In this document: piece after piece, positions 12,004 through 25,533 of the stretch | How positions within the stretch are numbered: position 1 is the first letter of the stretch | Layout of the letters: the number at the start of each line of letters is the position of its first letter | Origin: Podarcis liolepis | Lineage: Eukaryota | NCBI GenBank assembly: GCA_965112155.1 | Contig: OZ218099.1 | Direction: 5' to 3' (one strand) | DNA length: 64,000 nucleotides | The notes under the pieces: generated by a model | The model's database searches: none | What the model was told of the DNA's origin: nothing | What the model saw: only the letters and a program-made list of their open reading frames with translations | Program-made: the position numbers and the translations under genes

Positions 12004-12257
12004 GTAAATGGAAAAGATTTATCTAAAGCAACCCATGACCAAGCAGTAGAAGCCTTCAAAACAGCTAAAGATCCCATCGTGGTTCAGGTCCTGAGGAGAG
12101 CGCCACGCAGCAAAATCTTCAGCCCCACTCATGAATGTCTCCTGGTGGATATGGGCACCCAGACTGACATCACCTTTGAACACATCATGGCTCTTACCAA
12201 GATGAGCTCACCTACCCCACCAGTTTCAGTACTGGACCCATATCTCTTACCTGAGGA
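12004..12257 (+). CDS. PDZRN3: PDZRN3 internal coding exon (equivalent to human exon 4; end of PDZ1 plus linker)
   Basis: Acceptor ttccccca-cag at 12003 with branch-point-like gactcac at about 11975-11981. Reads [84 protein letters not shown]. Donor GA|gtaagt; 254 nt, phase 2 end. Confidence 0.96.
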
Positions 12258-13380
12258 GTAAGTACCAGTACTTTAATCACACCTCGCTACATTAAAAGGC
12301 AGTAAACACTGAAGCATTGGGTGGGGCTAGATTTCATACACCTGGGATGAAAATATACAACGACCATACATCATTATGAAGATCTAAACTGCCATTTTCA
12401 GGAGCAAAAACATTAGGACTGAAATATCTGCAAGATTTTATGCAACCATCCACTCTAATTCTGATGTTCAGTCTGTGAGTGCTATTGCCAAAGTCACATT
12501 GCCCAGACACAAGAAGGGGGTATCAGCAGACATGGGGGAACCAAGTACAAAAAATATATATTTAGGCAGGGGCACTCTAAGGAATAAAGGAGGGACCCCA
12601 GTAGGACTGAGCATGCTCAATGGCCACAGAATGCTGACTGCTGGAAGGAAAAATGGAAAACTGGGATTAGGCAAATCCTGTGGCAGGGATCACTCAGCAC
12701 TGCAATTTTTTCGTCTGTGTCCCACATGTTCAACCAATTTCACGAAATGGTGGAATCAGTGCAGTAACTTTGACTGTTGAGAAATTGCAGGCCCATTGGC
12801 ATTGTGAATGAGAAACCAAATGAACAAGACAGTTAAAAATAAAATGCTGTGAGGCTACCTGCTCACTTCTAAGTTTGCATGCACAATTATGCCAAGTCTC
12901 TATGCCTTTAGATGAGGAGGAAAAGGCTGAGTGAACCCACAGATAAATAAAGAGTTTCTTAGAACTCTGGCCCGCAGCAATGGCTTTCCAGGGTCTCCGG
13001 CAGAGAAATTTCCCAGGCCTGATGCCTTAGGTCTCCCAACTAGAAAAACCAAGGATTGGACCTGGGACCTTTTGGGCTGCAGGTCTTCCCCCTAAAATCT
13101 GGACTATGGCGTATGTGTCTGGCAGTGCTCTCTACTACCTGTTTACAGTGCTGCTGTTCAATCTTATCCGTTTTTTAATGGTGGGCATAAATTGCAGATT
13201 GCTAGGAGCCACTACATTCTCTTTCAGTGTATTAATTACCTTTTATTATAATCCCGTGGCAATGTTACACAAATAAGCTGTTCTGTAGGGCTGATCTTTC
13301 TTTAAAATGTTGTTAAGGAATTTTTAAAATCAATTTTTAATTACTGTTAATGGGAGTCTGAAACTTCTATACTAGCAAGT

Positions 13381-13384
<4 letters not shown>

Positions 13385-13417
<33 letters not shown>
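13385..13417. repeat. (CA)n microsatellite
   Basis: Direct reading. Confidence 0.95.
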
Positions 13418-13419
<2 letters not shown>

Positions 13420-13971
13420 TTACTTATTTGCAAGTCCACCTACACAGATAGTACAAGAATCATTTTCTCCCACAACAAATGTGGAGTGCCATTTGTGATG
13501 GAACTCTTCCCATCTTGTTCACAGAAACTGGCAAGGACATTGCTGATAGGATGGTGCATGAGTGGTAAAAAGCAACGTCCACTTTTGTGCATGCACTGGC
13601 AATGAAATAAAAGAAGGACCTTCCAGTGGAGCTTTGGATAGTGTTCTTGCTTCAACATCGTTTCAGCCTAAGAATGTGGCCACTCCCCCCTTGGACTCCT
13701 TCCACAGTGCTGGGAAGTGGCTGATGGGAGCTGTAGTCCAAAATATCTGTAGGGCACCAGGTTGGGGGAGGCTGATAGCAGAGTGAAGTGTCAGTAATTG
13801 TAGAGTACTGGGTAGCTTAGGCCCCCATCACATGCAGAGACACTCCACTTCTGTACAGATCCCAACTGCTTGAGACTTCTGTGAATAAATCACCCATGCA
13901 GATAGAACAGTCACATGGGACCTTCAAATCTAGTCAGTACCCTCCCACAGCATGGGATCCCACCACATGGA

Positions 13972-13973
<2 letters not shown>

Positions 13974-14006
<33 letters not shown>
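13974..14006. repeat. (GA)n microsatellite
   Basis: Direct reading. Confidence 0.95.
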
Positions 14007-14009
<3 letters not shown>

Positions 14010-14104
14010 TCCCAACTCTCCCATCAATGTATAAACAAGAGTCCTGGCTCCTTACGACATCGCACATCAAGATCTCATGTTGGAGCCCCTCAATCTACTT
14101 GAGA

Positions 14105-14370
14105 AGATGGTCCTCAGCATCTGGTATTCAGAAAGATAGAATCCTTGAACACAGAGACTCGTTTTCTTTTGTTGTGGTGCCTAATGAATTTGCCTAGTTC
14201 TTTTTAACGTCATCTATAGCCGTCTCCATATCCCAACGAAGTGAATTCCAGATGTTAACTATATATTGCTTCTTTTTGACAACTGTGGACCTGTTGACAG
14301 TCAGTTTCACTGAGTTATCATCCCAAGTTCCCATATTTTGAAAGCGGAATTAAAACCTGGTTGCCCACTT
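14105..14370 (-). mobile_element. Old CR1 3' fragment
   Basis: ctcagcatctggtattcag...ctaatgaatttgcctag...gtgaattccagatgttaactat resembles a reverse CR1 3' end. Confidence 0.5.
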
Positions 14371-15270
14371 CCTCTGCATATAAATATATATCCATTTTTT
14401 TTAAAAAAATACATCATTATTAAAGACAAAACATTATTTTCACAATCAGAAATCAGGCAAATGAGCATGTGCTACAAAGGTCGGGGTTGGGAAGGTGATA
14501 TATTTGTGCAATTTCTGTCAGAGATTAGGCACCGGGGGTCATGTTCTCATGCTATTATTGTGCAGTATCCATATTGCTTTTCTGAGGCCAGCTTTTTTTT
14601 AAAAAAAAAAAAAAAGAATAATTATTAATTAAGTTACCATTCTTTTCTCACATGCTCACTGTGGTTCCCCTCCACCTCTGAGGCAGAGGGAATTGGAGGA
14701 TGGATGTTGGCATATTTTCCTGTTCCTGAGGTGATAAGAGGGCGCGTGGAAAGGTGGTTGCTAGGAAACCAGCCTCTATGTTTCCCCCCTGAGTTTTCTC
14801 TGTGGAAGTAGTAGAAGTGTGGAGCCTGTGCTCAGGTGTAACATGGGAACCTATGACCACTACCCTGTATAATAAAATGTGTGTGCTAATGCTTATTCTG
14901 CCATCCCTTTTTCTGGCCCTCATTTTTTCCCCTTCATGGGTCCATCATGCCACCCCCAAGCCTTACCTCCACAGCATTTTTTCATACCATCACCTGTCTT
15001 TGACAAATGTTCCCCTCTGTCTCTCTAGTGGGCCACCTCTGCCTGGTTGGCCAATACGTTAAGGCAGCGAGACAGTTTTTTTAAAAAAATAAATATTTGT
15101 TTTCTCTGTTGTTTAATGAGCTTACGTCCTCAACACCATTGATCACCCACAGCGCATCAGTCTTGATGTATGTGTGACATGTTAGTGATGATCTGCCATG
15201 AGGCTGGGGGAGGATTAATATGTTAATTAGAATAGGGAGTGATAACCTAAACTGTGCTTTATTTTCCCAG

Positions 15271-15358
15271 GCATTCATCAGGGCACGAATACTATGACCC
15301 AAATGATTATATGGGAGGCATTCATCAAGAAATGGACAGAGAGGAGCTAGAATTAGAG
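15271..15358 (+). CDS. PDZRN3: PDZRN3 coding exon (equivalent to exon 5)
   Basis: ttttcccag|G acceptor; reads (E)[29 protein letters not shown]; donor GAG|gtatga; 88 nt completes the phase of the previous exon. Confidence 0.95.
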
Positions 15359-17867
15359 GTATGAGTAATAACTAGAAGCAACCATTCAACATACAAAATA
15401 TTTTTATTATATTTTCATGTGCCAGGGACTTAGCAACTAGTGCTGCATTCAAATTATGAACTTATGCTACCAAAATATATTGGAAAATCTTTTTACTCTG
15501 CAATTCAGTGTACAGACGGCAGGAAATTAGTGCTTACTAATTTTAATATGTAGTTAATTATATGTTGTGTAATTAAAGGATTAGAGGTCATGTCCTCAGC
15601 TCATAATACAAGCAGCCATAGGTTTCTCCTTATCTGTTCTAGTTATATTATTCACCACCTCACAATTTGGGGAGATAAGGTATTTTATTTATACACTTTT
15701 TACAGTTTTGCATACATGGATTTTCATGTGGGAACGCAGTATCAAAAGCGTAGTTTTATATCTGTGGTAGATTCCAAAGAGAAGCTTGCAGGGTTTTGTG
15801 TGTTTTTAATTCTTGTAGAAATGTTACATCTGAAAGAAGCATGTCTTGTCTCCATTTGTTTACAGCAAAGTGCTTCTTTCTCCTCCATGGCTTGTTATTG
15901 TTCTCTCAAAGTCCCCAGTCAAGATGCTTCCCCTGCTATCATAGACAACATAAATTCAAATTAGAAGTTTTGTAAAAAGTACAAAAGTAGAGCAATGAAA
16001 TATATTTTAAAAAGGCAAATTACAGAAATATTATGTGTCTCATTTAGTTTGAGCAAAATCATGGGGCCGGATCCAGAGGTCACACTTTCGCCTCATGGAA
16101 TTCAAGCTTTGACTAACTTGCTGCACGGATTTTAATGAAATTTAAGAATGACTAGCTTAATCTGTCTCCAGCTTCATGTTTTTGCTCAAACTGCCACCCA
16201 CTAAAAGACCTCTAGCTCCCACCCTGTACACATACAGATAAACAAGGAAGGGGGAATGCAAAGTCGCTTGGGCTCATCATTCTAGAAGATAATGCTGCGG
16301 TAAATGCCGCTCCAAACCACTGTGAAAATCTCAAAGCAGGGGTCCAGATTAACTGCCCATTCCTGCTGAATTCTTATCTCCAGCAAACCCTTACACACAG
16401 AAGGTGGTTTTCTGAAAAGCAACAACTGCAATCCAAAAAAGTGTTTCCTTTGCCCTCCCCGCTACAGAACAGGGAACTCAACTCAGGCTGTCTGCTGCCA
16501 TTGCTGAAATGGTATGGGCCTAGTAGGAGCTGGGCAACAAACTGTTGCTGCTATCACTGCTCATAGTGTCAGACAGGTTAAGCTTGCAGCTGTTTCCACA
16601 TGTGCTCTTGCCAGCCAGTAACTATAGCATGTGTGACTCAAATCATTCCACGGCATTTTATAATTTTGACATTAAGAGAGCACTTAGATTGTTAAAATAA
16701 TAAAGCTGTGTAACAGTACCAGCTAAACGTTTAGGAAATGCTTGCAGCTTAAATAGCCTTTCTCTGAAAGCCTTTAAGAATCGTTTCAAACCTGGGAGAC
16801 TGAGATCAATGGAAAGGGTCAAAGTGTAACAAACACTCGGGCAGCTTCTAGCTGTATTGTTTGCTTATTGACAGATTTGTCTTAAACAGACTGCAGACGC
16901 ACTTTTTCATTGACTCGAATCAGAATGCTGAAAAGGATGTAAAATATCAAACCACACCACCTGGACTACTCTCTCCATAAAATACACTCTGAATTCCGGT
17001 CCATCATCTAGGCTTTTATGGCCATCCTAACTCACAATTAATGACTTAACAGATATAGTCAACAAGTCCCCTGTGTAAATGACTATAGTTCTTGCTAGAA
17101 TTCAATGAAACGCAGTAGAATTGCCTAGCAATCTGTACAGGCTGATATTAGTCACAAGAATTGAGTATCTGCCAAGAGCAGGCCATTGAAGGCCTTTAAG
17201 TTCAGTATCTGAAACTGGCATCTGGTGTTACAAGGAATGCAGCCCCCAGCATATTACACAGCCTCTCTTAAAGCCCAAACCAAAAAATAATAAAAGAACA
17301 CTGTCATGGTATCAACGGTTTTCTAAATTGCAACTCTTACTCTGAAGCTTTAATTGGGCCCATATCTTATGTATCCATGTTGGTACATATATGAGCCATA
17401 AAGCCATTTAAAAATGATCAAGGCAAGAAATAAACAACATTGCCTCTACATACTTTCTAAAGCAGCCACCACAAATACAGGTAGATTTCCATGTTGTTTC
17501 AACATACAGGGTAGGGTTGTTAAAGGGTTCACTTACAGACAGTTTTGTAATCTCCTAATAGATACCATCCATGATAACAAAAAGTAGTTAAAGTGACTGA
17601 TTCTTCTAAGAGGCAGGATATCATTAAATGCGTTACTGCAGATGAACCTTAAAACATGTACCTTGTCTAGAGCATGTGTCTAGAGCACCAAACACACACA
17701 AAAGTGTGAGAGCAGTAAAGGTACAGGTCAATCCATCCTTACCAGCCTGATTTTGGGAATGATTTCTCAAATTTAGCTGAATTCAGTGGGATTTATTTGC
17801 AAAAGGTGTGCACCTGGTTGTGGTTTAGCTTCATTTCAAGAAGAGTGGTGACTGGTAAGCTTTTTCA

Positions 17868-17942
17868 GATAGCTCAGTTGGTAGAGCATGAAACTCTTCA
17901 TCTCAGAGTTTGAGTCCCACGTTGGGCAAAATAATCCTGCAT
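17868..17942 (+). mobile_element. tRNA-Lys(CTT)-derived SINE head or tRNA pseudogene
   Basis: GATAGCTCAGTTGGTAGAGCATGAAACTCTTCATCTCAG--AGTTTGAGTCCCACGTTGGGC aligns with tRNA-Lys-CTT, with a deletion in the variable loop/T-stem; not a functional tRNA. Confidence 0.75.
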
Positions 17943-20262
17943 CCAAGTCTATGTAAAATGCTCAACAAAACTGGACATAGCTGACTTTCTGGGATCCTGG
18001 TTTTTACAGTTAAATCTCTGCTGACTGTAGGGAAGCCCATTGTACACAGATTTGATGTTTGTCTTTAGGATTTGCTTTCTGACAAAATTGAGAGAAGCAT
18101 CCAAGCTCCTTATCTTATAGCCCCACTCACTCCAGAGAATTTTATTTCCAATACAAGTACGTATTTTGAAAAGACTGGCTCCGTGTTTCTAAAGTTTTAA
18201 CCTGCCCCTATAACAGAAGATTGTCTGCAACACGATATAATAATCTGTTGGGTACAAATTTCCGTTTGCGTATACAGAGGCTAATTTACTATTATCTTTT
18301 ATTTTGAACCCATAGTGTTATGAATGGCCACAGGCATATAATATCATAGCACATTATGGTATTCTTGCCTCACTGTAAATGGCACTTATATTTCAGCATT
18401 CAGGTTGTTTAGCTTTCTTTATCTGCCACCAGTTGGCGTAGAGCCTGAATAATTTTATGTAATTGTCTTGCATCCATTTCAGTTTCAGAGATCTCATATC
18501 TGCACATGCTTTGGTTTTATCGGAGCTCTATATTAGAAAAGGGTAATCTACATCTCAAAAAGTTATGCTAATGCTTACTCATGACACTTATAATATGTAT
18601 ACTCTTTAGATCATTCCTGACTTCTAAGACAATTAGGGTACAATCATCCTTCACAGTGGCTGCACATCCTCCGTTTGCTTCAGTGGGCCTACAATGGATC
18701 TCTGTGCATATTCTAAATTATAATTGCATAATGCACAACATTGCTCTGGCGCTGTTGGTTGCTGCTGTCACATGTATTGATGTGAAGAGATGTTCAGGAT
18801 CCAGGTGTGAGACATCTAACTATATCTGCAGTGACCATTCACTCAAGTCCTATTTGAGCTCCTGTAAGAAGCCCACTTCTACTTGTGGCCTTTGCGCCGG
18901 TTACTGTTTGTTCAAGTAGAAGTTATTATAGTAGTCTTGGTCCGTAATACATGGAAAATCTGCACACCTTACCATGTTAACCAAAATACATTATTACTTT
19001 TTGAGAAGCAAGTAGAGGCCTGTGAATTATTCTGTGTAATGGGAATGAACGCCCTAGTACTTGTAGGGTGTGCTGTTGTTTTTTGCTTAAGCAAAGTACT
19101 CTGTTCCAAAAAGTACTCTGAAAATTAAAAATGTTCTTTGCTTTGATGCTTTTAAAATTTATAGAGTTGATGTCCATAAAATCTTTTGAAGCTTTATGAT
19201 TACATAAAAACTTTATTGAGGCATAGGCAGCTAGGAAACAGCTGTTCTTCTTTCTGTGTACACAAAATTACCATATCTAGGGTAGCATCAAATCCCAGTT
19301 ATTTCTACTTCTAACCAGGGCTGGGGGGATAGAACCCAAGGGTAAGTCTACATCTAATTACTCATAAAAATTCAGGTACCAAACACCTGCTCTGAGGCTA
19401 TTCTGAAGGGAATTTTTTACAAAGACCATTTGCCTGAGCACGGTTTCCTCAGATGTGTGTGTGTATTTCAGATATTTCTCAAGTGGCTTCCCCGCATACA
19501 ATATATCCCAAACAGGAGATGTGGAATGAAGCGTTCTGGCTTTGAAGCATATTGAAAAGCTCAAGCTCTCTGTTGAAATACTAGAGAATGAAAAGCAAAA
19601 GCATGAAATATTAAAGCTTCTTTGAAACATAAAACATAAAGCATCTTTGAAACATAAAACTTGATCTCAGTCCTAAAACATATTTCTTGATTGATCCACA
19701 TGATTATGATTAGATTCAGATTGTGTTTATCGTATACTGACGTTGCTCAGAATTCAAAAAATCAGTGCAGGATTGAATTCGGTTGTTAAAATCAGTGCAA
19801 TCCATTTCAGTTATGCAAACCTAAATTTACGGTATGCACTTGAGCCCCTCTCACAAAATAATGGCAGTCTGGAGGCACCCAGTGTGTTGGTAGAGTGTGG
19901 TAGAATCAGACTTTTTTTTTTCATTTCATGTTCATTTAATTCTGCTCCAAATTCAAAAGTTATCAATTTTTCCTTAAGAAAAAAAAAAGCCCAAACTTTA
20001 AAGATATCAGACACAAAAGCCACTGCTGGACCTATTTGTCTGCTCTGCAGGGGCTGTTATGTCTGCAAATTTCATCTATTCTGTCAAAAGTAAAAAAGTT
20101 ATAGCCACTTTTTACAGTTTCCCTGTAGTGAATGGGGGACAAAAGAAGTTGACTGGTGGGTGTTGAGCTGAATCATGGAGCCCCAAGGGCTGCTTTGCCT
20201 CACGCTCACAATTCCTTGCTTTCATGGGAGTTCCAGACTTAAAGCTCCCCCATTCACTTATA

Positions 20263-20330
20263 AACATAGAATTGCAGAGATGGAAGGGACCCTGAGGGTC
20301 ATCTAGCCAGACCTCCTTCAATTCAGGAGT
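20263..20330 (-). mobile_element. CR1-type 3' tail fragment
   Basis: catagaattgcagagatggaagggaccctgagggtcatctag is the reverse of a CR1 3' UTR end. Confidence 0.6.
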
Positions 20331-20582
20331 TCAGCGGAAGGAGTACCTATGAATACACAGAATACATGAATTCTCCATTGCACTGTGCACAAGGAGTTGT
20401 TCTGCAGAGTCATGTTGGTGCCACAGCCCTTGCCTAAAGTAACTTGAAAATAGCCTTTTGAAGCAAGACTTCTGCTCCTTAAAATATGTCCTTGCATATT
20501 GTGAAAGCAAAGTGAGAAACTGACTGTGCCACGTGGCTTCTATGGCATCCAGAGTGGCTTGCAACAATATCATATACCTATA

Positions 20583-20808
20583 CAGTGGTACCTCTGGTTA
20601 AGAACTTAATTCGTTCTGGTGGTCTGTTCTTAATCTGAAACCATTCTTAACCTGAGGTACCACTTTAGCTAATGGGGCCTCCCACTGCCACCGCGCCGCT
20701 GGCTCACGATTTCTGTTCTCATCCTGAGGTAAAGTTCTTAACCCGAGGTACTACTTCCGGGTTAGCGGAGTCCGTAACCCGAGGTGTTTGTAACCTGAGG
20801 TACCACTG
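20583..20808 (+). mobile_element. Tc1/mariner (Tigger/pogo-like) MITE, copy 1
   Basis: TIRs CAGTGGTACCTC...GAGGTACCACTG; TA target duplication on both sides. Confidence 0.9.
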
Positions 20809-22492
20809 TATTAGAGGAATCACGGACTTACAGGACATTTAGAGGGCAAGATTTAATGAAACCCAGAAGTGCCAACTCCTGACTTTGCCCCACCATTTAT
20901 GTAATTCTTTAATTGCATTTATATTAGGGTTGCCATATTTCAAAATGTAAAAACCTGCCGAGTAGGGATTTGAACCCTGCTCTCCTAGTCTGACACTTTG
21001 TGGCCAAATCATGCCCCCCCCCCCCGGTCTTCTACAAGCAAAAGCTAAGGAGCCCCTGCCTCCCTCCCTCCAAGTAATGTTAGCTGCTTATTAAGAAGGG
21101 GTAAAAGATTTATCCTGTCCATGCTGCAGACAAGATGGTGAGTGGTGCCATTTACCAGGCACATATCGCACCCATGATCAGGGATCTGTAATTTGTTTTT
21201 GTTTTGTTTTTTAAAGGAAAAGGCAGTAACTTTCCTAAACATAAATTAGAGCCAGAGTTTACTGACTTCATTTCCATTTGCTTGATGAAACCTAAAGTAC
21301 TGACCCCAGCAACTGTACTTGGCTGACATTATCTAATCTTCCTTATTGATCAGCTTCAATCCTCTTTTCTTAAAAAAATAATAATGGCAGAGCCTTAGAA
21401 ATATGGAAAACTTCTGCCATTATACTGATGCGTTCAACCTTTCTGTAACAAAAGAAAGCACGACGAGAGAGTGTGGAGCCATTCACAATAGTGCCTATTG
21501 ATTGAAAATCATTTAAATACCATCTGAAATGTCACTGACATTTACTGCTCTGTTTTTTTCAAAACAAATTACACATGTTGACAAGTAAATAACAAGAGAT
21601 TGCTTATCGTGGCAGCTGTCATCTAGACATGCCAATAAATTATTCATATTGGTGAGTTTTATTGTCTTCCCCCGGTGAATGGCACCGCGGGTTGAAATTG
21701 AGAGATGCTCAGAGGCAAGACTATTATGTTATTAGGACTTTTAATGCATTAATACCAGGAGGAAGAAGCCAGCAATCTCTCTTTCAATCGGAACACAGGG
21801 TGTGTTTTATCCCCTTGCCTCACAAACGTGGGAATTTTTAAATGGCTTCCAAGCTCATTATTACAGCACTGTCTGTGTACTGCCAGCTTAGTCAAATGCT
21901 TAAAGCAGTTCTAAGCAGTGAGTAACCAAAGTCTTGGGGCGCTAGGTATCCTGCAAAGTATTAAGTTGTCATTTTAGTCTAGTTTACCCAGAGATCCAAA
22001 GGACTATGTAAAAAAAAGGTTGGTTGTTAAATGTCGCAAATTAGTAATATTGTTTTGGAAACCGTGATTTCCCTTTCAATTTCCTTATTCCGAATCCCCT
22101 CATTTGGGGGAAGTTCCAGCTTTTGAAGTCAAATGTGACTGTGCAGTTGCCCACTTACATATATGTTGAATTTGATAGTGCTGTGGCCATTGTCCCCAGT
22201 TCTTTAAGCAACGCATCTCACACCAAGTTCCATTTAAAATCAAGGCTGGAATCCTAGCCATGTTTACTCAGGCTGTTCATGATTTGGGGAGGTGGGAAGG
22301 GTTAGAGGGATTTTTAGGGGATAGGCATTGCTCACCCCACTTAACTATTTGCGTGATACAAGCAGCATGGGAGTTAGCAGGTTTGAAACTGTAGTGCCCA
22401 CTTGGAGAGGGAGATTGCAGCATTTGCTTTTCAAAGATGAGGGATGAAATGCAAATTTCATATGATATGATGGGTGATACTTTTGAAGCAGA

Positions 22493-22725
22493 CAGTCGTA
22501 TCTTAGTTCGCAAACACCTTGCGGGTCTTATGTTTTGGCTCCTGAACGCTGCAAACCCGGAAGCGAATGTTTGCAAACGTTCTTTGGAACCCGAACACCT
22601 TCCATGGCTTATTGAGTACAGGAAGCTCCTGCAGCTAATCAGAAGTTGTGCCTTGGTTTCCGAACGTTTTCAGGAGTCGAACGGACTTCCGGAATGGATT
22701 CCGTTTGAGAACCAAAGTACGACTG
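22493..22725. mobile_element. Second Tc1/mariner-type MITE family
   Basis: TIRs CAGTCGTATCTTAGTT...AACCAAAGTACGACTG followed by TA; locally CpG-rich. Confidence 0.75.
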
Positions 22726-24063
22726 TATTTGCATTTGATTGTAGAGGTTTGGAAAACTCTTCAAAGTAGATTTAAACCACCCACCCCCAAAAAAGTATAT
22801 AAAAGAGTATCCTGAGGTCTACCAAAGTACTAAACCAGTCTTCCCCAACTTGATCCTCTCCAGATGTTTTAGACTACAATTCCCATCATCCCTGACCTAT
22901 AGGTCATGCTGGCAGGGGCTAATGAGAATTACAGTCCATATGGAGGGTACTAGGAAAACCACAGGCATGTCAGAATTCAGCTCATCAGTATTTGGGTGGC
23001 ACAATACTCATTATCTGCATTGGGTGTAGAATTTCACCACTCTGTGCTGAATTTTGACAATACAAAGGTATGACATTTAAATGGCAAAGCACGTTCAAGC
23101 TGTAGAAAGCCATTAAGCCATTTTTTATGATACTGCTGACTTTGTTACTTATGTAATTCATGAGACTAAAATTTAAGGTTGTATCCAATATTAATCCTAC
23201 TTAAAGTAGACCTCCTGGAATTAATAATTGTAAATTAGTCATTCAGTTGACACGATGAATTTTGTTTGATAACACCTTATAAATTGGTCTGCTATCATTT
23301 TTGGTGAAAGGTGGTCTAGAAATCAATAACAATAATAACGTGTGTAGTTTATAAATTAATCTCCCCATTTCATGCAACAGCTTTTGACTTCCTCACTACC
23401 TTGCTGCAGGCCACTTTTTCACAGACCATGAAACAACTTCCATCACAAGAACAATGAAAGGTTGTAATCTGTGCCAACCTTGTTTTCTTAGTGCAACACT
23501 AACACTAATGTTTTCACTTGCCCAGCCTTATGTGCCTTTATGGGGATTTAGTCATGGCTAACTTTGCCTTGAAGTATTTGGATTAGAGACTATTCCAGAA
23601 TTGCATTGCACTAGTCTAGAGAATGCTAAAATGTGATTAGAGAACAAACAGCATCTCCAGTTACAGAAATGCATAGATTTAGTATTTATTTATCTCTTTG
23701 TGCTAATGATGTTACTGTTCCTAGGGTGTTGGAAATGTAGGAAGACTTCGGTTCCAAAGACTCACTTGACAAATATTATAGTGGAGGCACTAAAAATGGG
23801 GGGGGGGGGTGCCACTTCATGAGAGATGGACCATTTTTCTTCTATATGATCAATAAGAGAGTCTTATTTCCAAAACGACTGCATATTGATAGAAGAGCCA
23901 GAATTGCCCTCTGTATTGATCATGTGTCCATAATCACTTCTAGCTCAGTAAATTAACATAGTGCAATCTTTTCAAAACAGAAACTATAATGTAAGCAAAA
24001 TATTTTCACATATTTAAAAAAAAAACAACAGACATTCACCAGTTTCTCATTCCTTTGCCCTAG

Positions 24064-24162
24064 GAAGTAGATTTGCATCGAGTGAACAGCCAGGACAAGT
24101 TTGGGCTTACAGTGTGCTACAGAACTGATGATGAAGATGATATTGGCATTTATATCAGTGAG
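24064..24162 (+). CDS. PDZRN3: PDZRN3 coding exon (equivalent to exon 6; start of PDZ2)
   Basis: ccctag| acceptor; [33 protein letters not shown]; donor GAG|gtgaga; 99 nt. Confidence 0.96.
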
Positions 24163-24704
24163 GTGAGACCAAATATAATACCTGCCTTTTGACTGTAGTT
24201 GTGAATAAGTCATTTCCCCCCGTCAGTTACATTTCACGTTACTTGCAAAAGCAAGTTTTGATGTAATATCGAACAATTTTCCTACATTTCAGGCACCTAT
24301 TTCTGTTTTTTTAAGATCAACATTAGAAGACCTATTCCAGATGTACCCACTTTCAGATGAGTGGCAACCAGAGAGGTGGTGGTTCCAGTTGTGAACACAG
24401 GGAACCTAAGATGCTGCCTTGTATTAAATCTGACCATTGATTGGCCCATCTAGACCAGTGTTGTTTACATTGACCTTTCTTAGACTGGTAACCTCCAGAT
24501 GTTGTTGGATTGTCATTGTCATAATCCCTGACTATCTGGGGCTGGGGGACTTGTACAAAACATCTGGAGGGCACCAGGTCTACATTGACTGGCAGCTGCA
24601 CTTTAGGGTTTCTTCCCCACCTGTACCTAGAGATGCCGGAGATGGGACCTAGGACGTCTTGCAAATCATATGTTTCCTAGTAAAATAGTGCAGTGTTTCT
24701 TTCT

Positions 24705-25050
24705 CAGGTTGGGGAACCTTCTCCAGCCCAAGTGTAACTTTCCCTTCAGGGCAAATTTCTGGGGGTGACATGCCTATGTGGGCAGGGCCACAAGCAAATA
24801 ATGTGGGCAAAGCAATAAACGTAAATTGTATGTTTGTGCCGTAGGCTAGTTTCTTCACACTCACACACCCCTCTCTATCCTCTACCCAGGCAAGCAAGAA
24901 GAATTATTAGAGGACTCATTCCACCCAGGCAAAAACACTCAATGAGAGGCCAAAGTTGGATGGAGGGGCATGGTTCAAGAGCGGCTTGGGGGCAGGTAGA
25001 AAGGCCTGGGGGCAGCATTTGAGCCCCGGGTCTGATGTTCCCTATCCATG
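24705..25050. mobile_element. Old hAT-like MITE
   Basis: caggttggggaacct...gttccctatccatg ends; internal similarity to 36628-36950 and 2987-3572. Confidence 0.55.
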
Positions 25051-25173
25051 TCTAAGAGAAACAAGAAGGATTGTGAACTATGTGTATTGGCAATGTCAGA
25101 TAACATGCCAGTGGTTGGAAGTACGCAGGGAAGAAATGCTGCGAAAAGTAGCCATCTTTCTGCTCTTTTGTAG

Positions 25174-25290
<117 letters not shown>

Positions 25291-25307
25291 TGACATTTCC
25301 GACAGAT

Positions 25308-25533
25308 GAGCCAGTGTGGTGTAGTAGTTAAGAGTGTCAGACTAGAACCTGGGAGACCACGGTTTGAGTCCCCACTCTGCCATGAAACTTGCTGAGTGAC
25401 CTTGGCCCAGTCGCTGCCTCTCACCCTAACCCGCCTCACAGGATTAAATGAGGAGCAGGGAGAAGCATGTCAGGCACCTTGAAGTCCTTGCAGGGGGGAA
25501 GGTGGGCTAGAAATGCAGTAAGTAGAATAAAAT
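25308..25533 (+). mobile_element. MIR/Ther1-derived SINE (Squam3-like, older copy)
   Basis: tRNA-like head GAGCCAGTGTGGTGTAGTAGTTAAGAG with B box GGTTTGAGTCCC, core gtgaccttggcccag, A-rich tail. Confidence 0.75.

Noticed and set aside
17868-17942. Functional tRNA-Lys gene
   Set aside because: Internal deletion and broken stems; SINE head or pseudogene.
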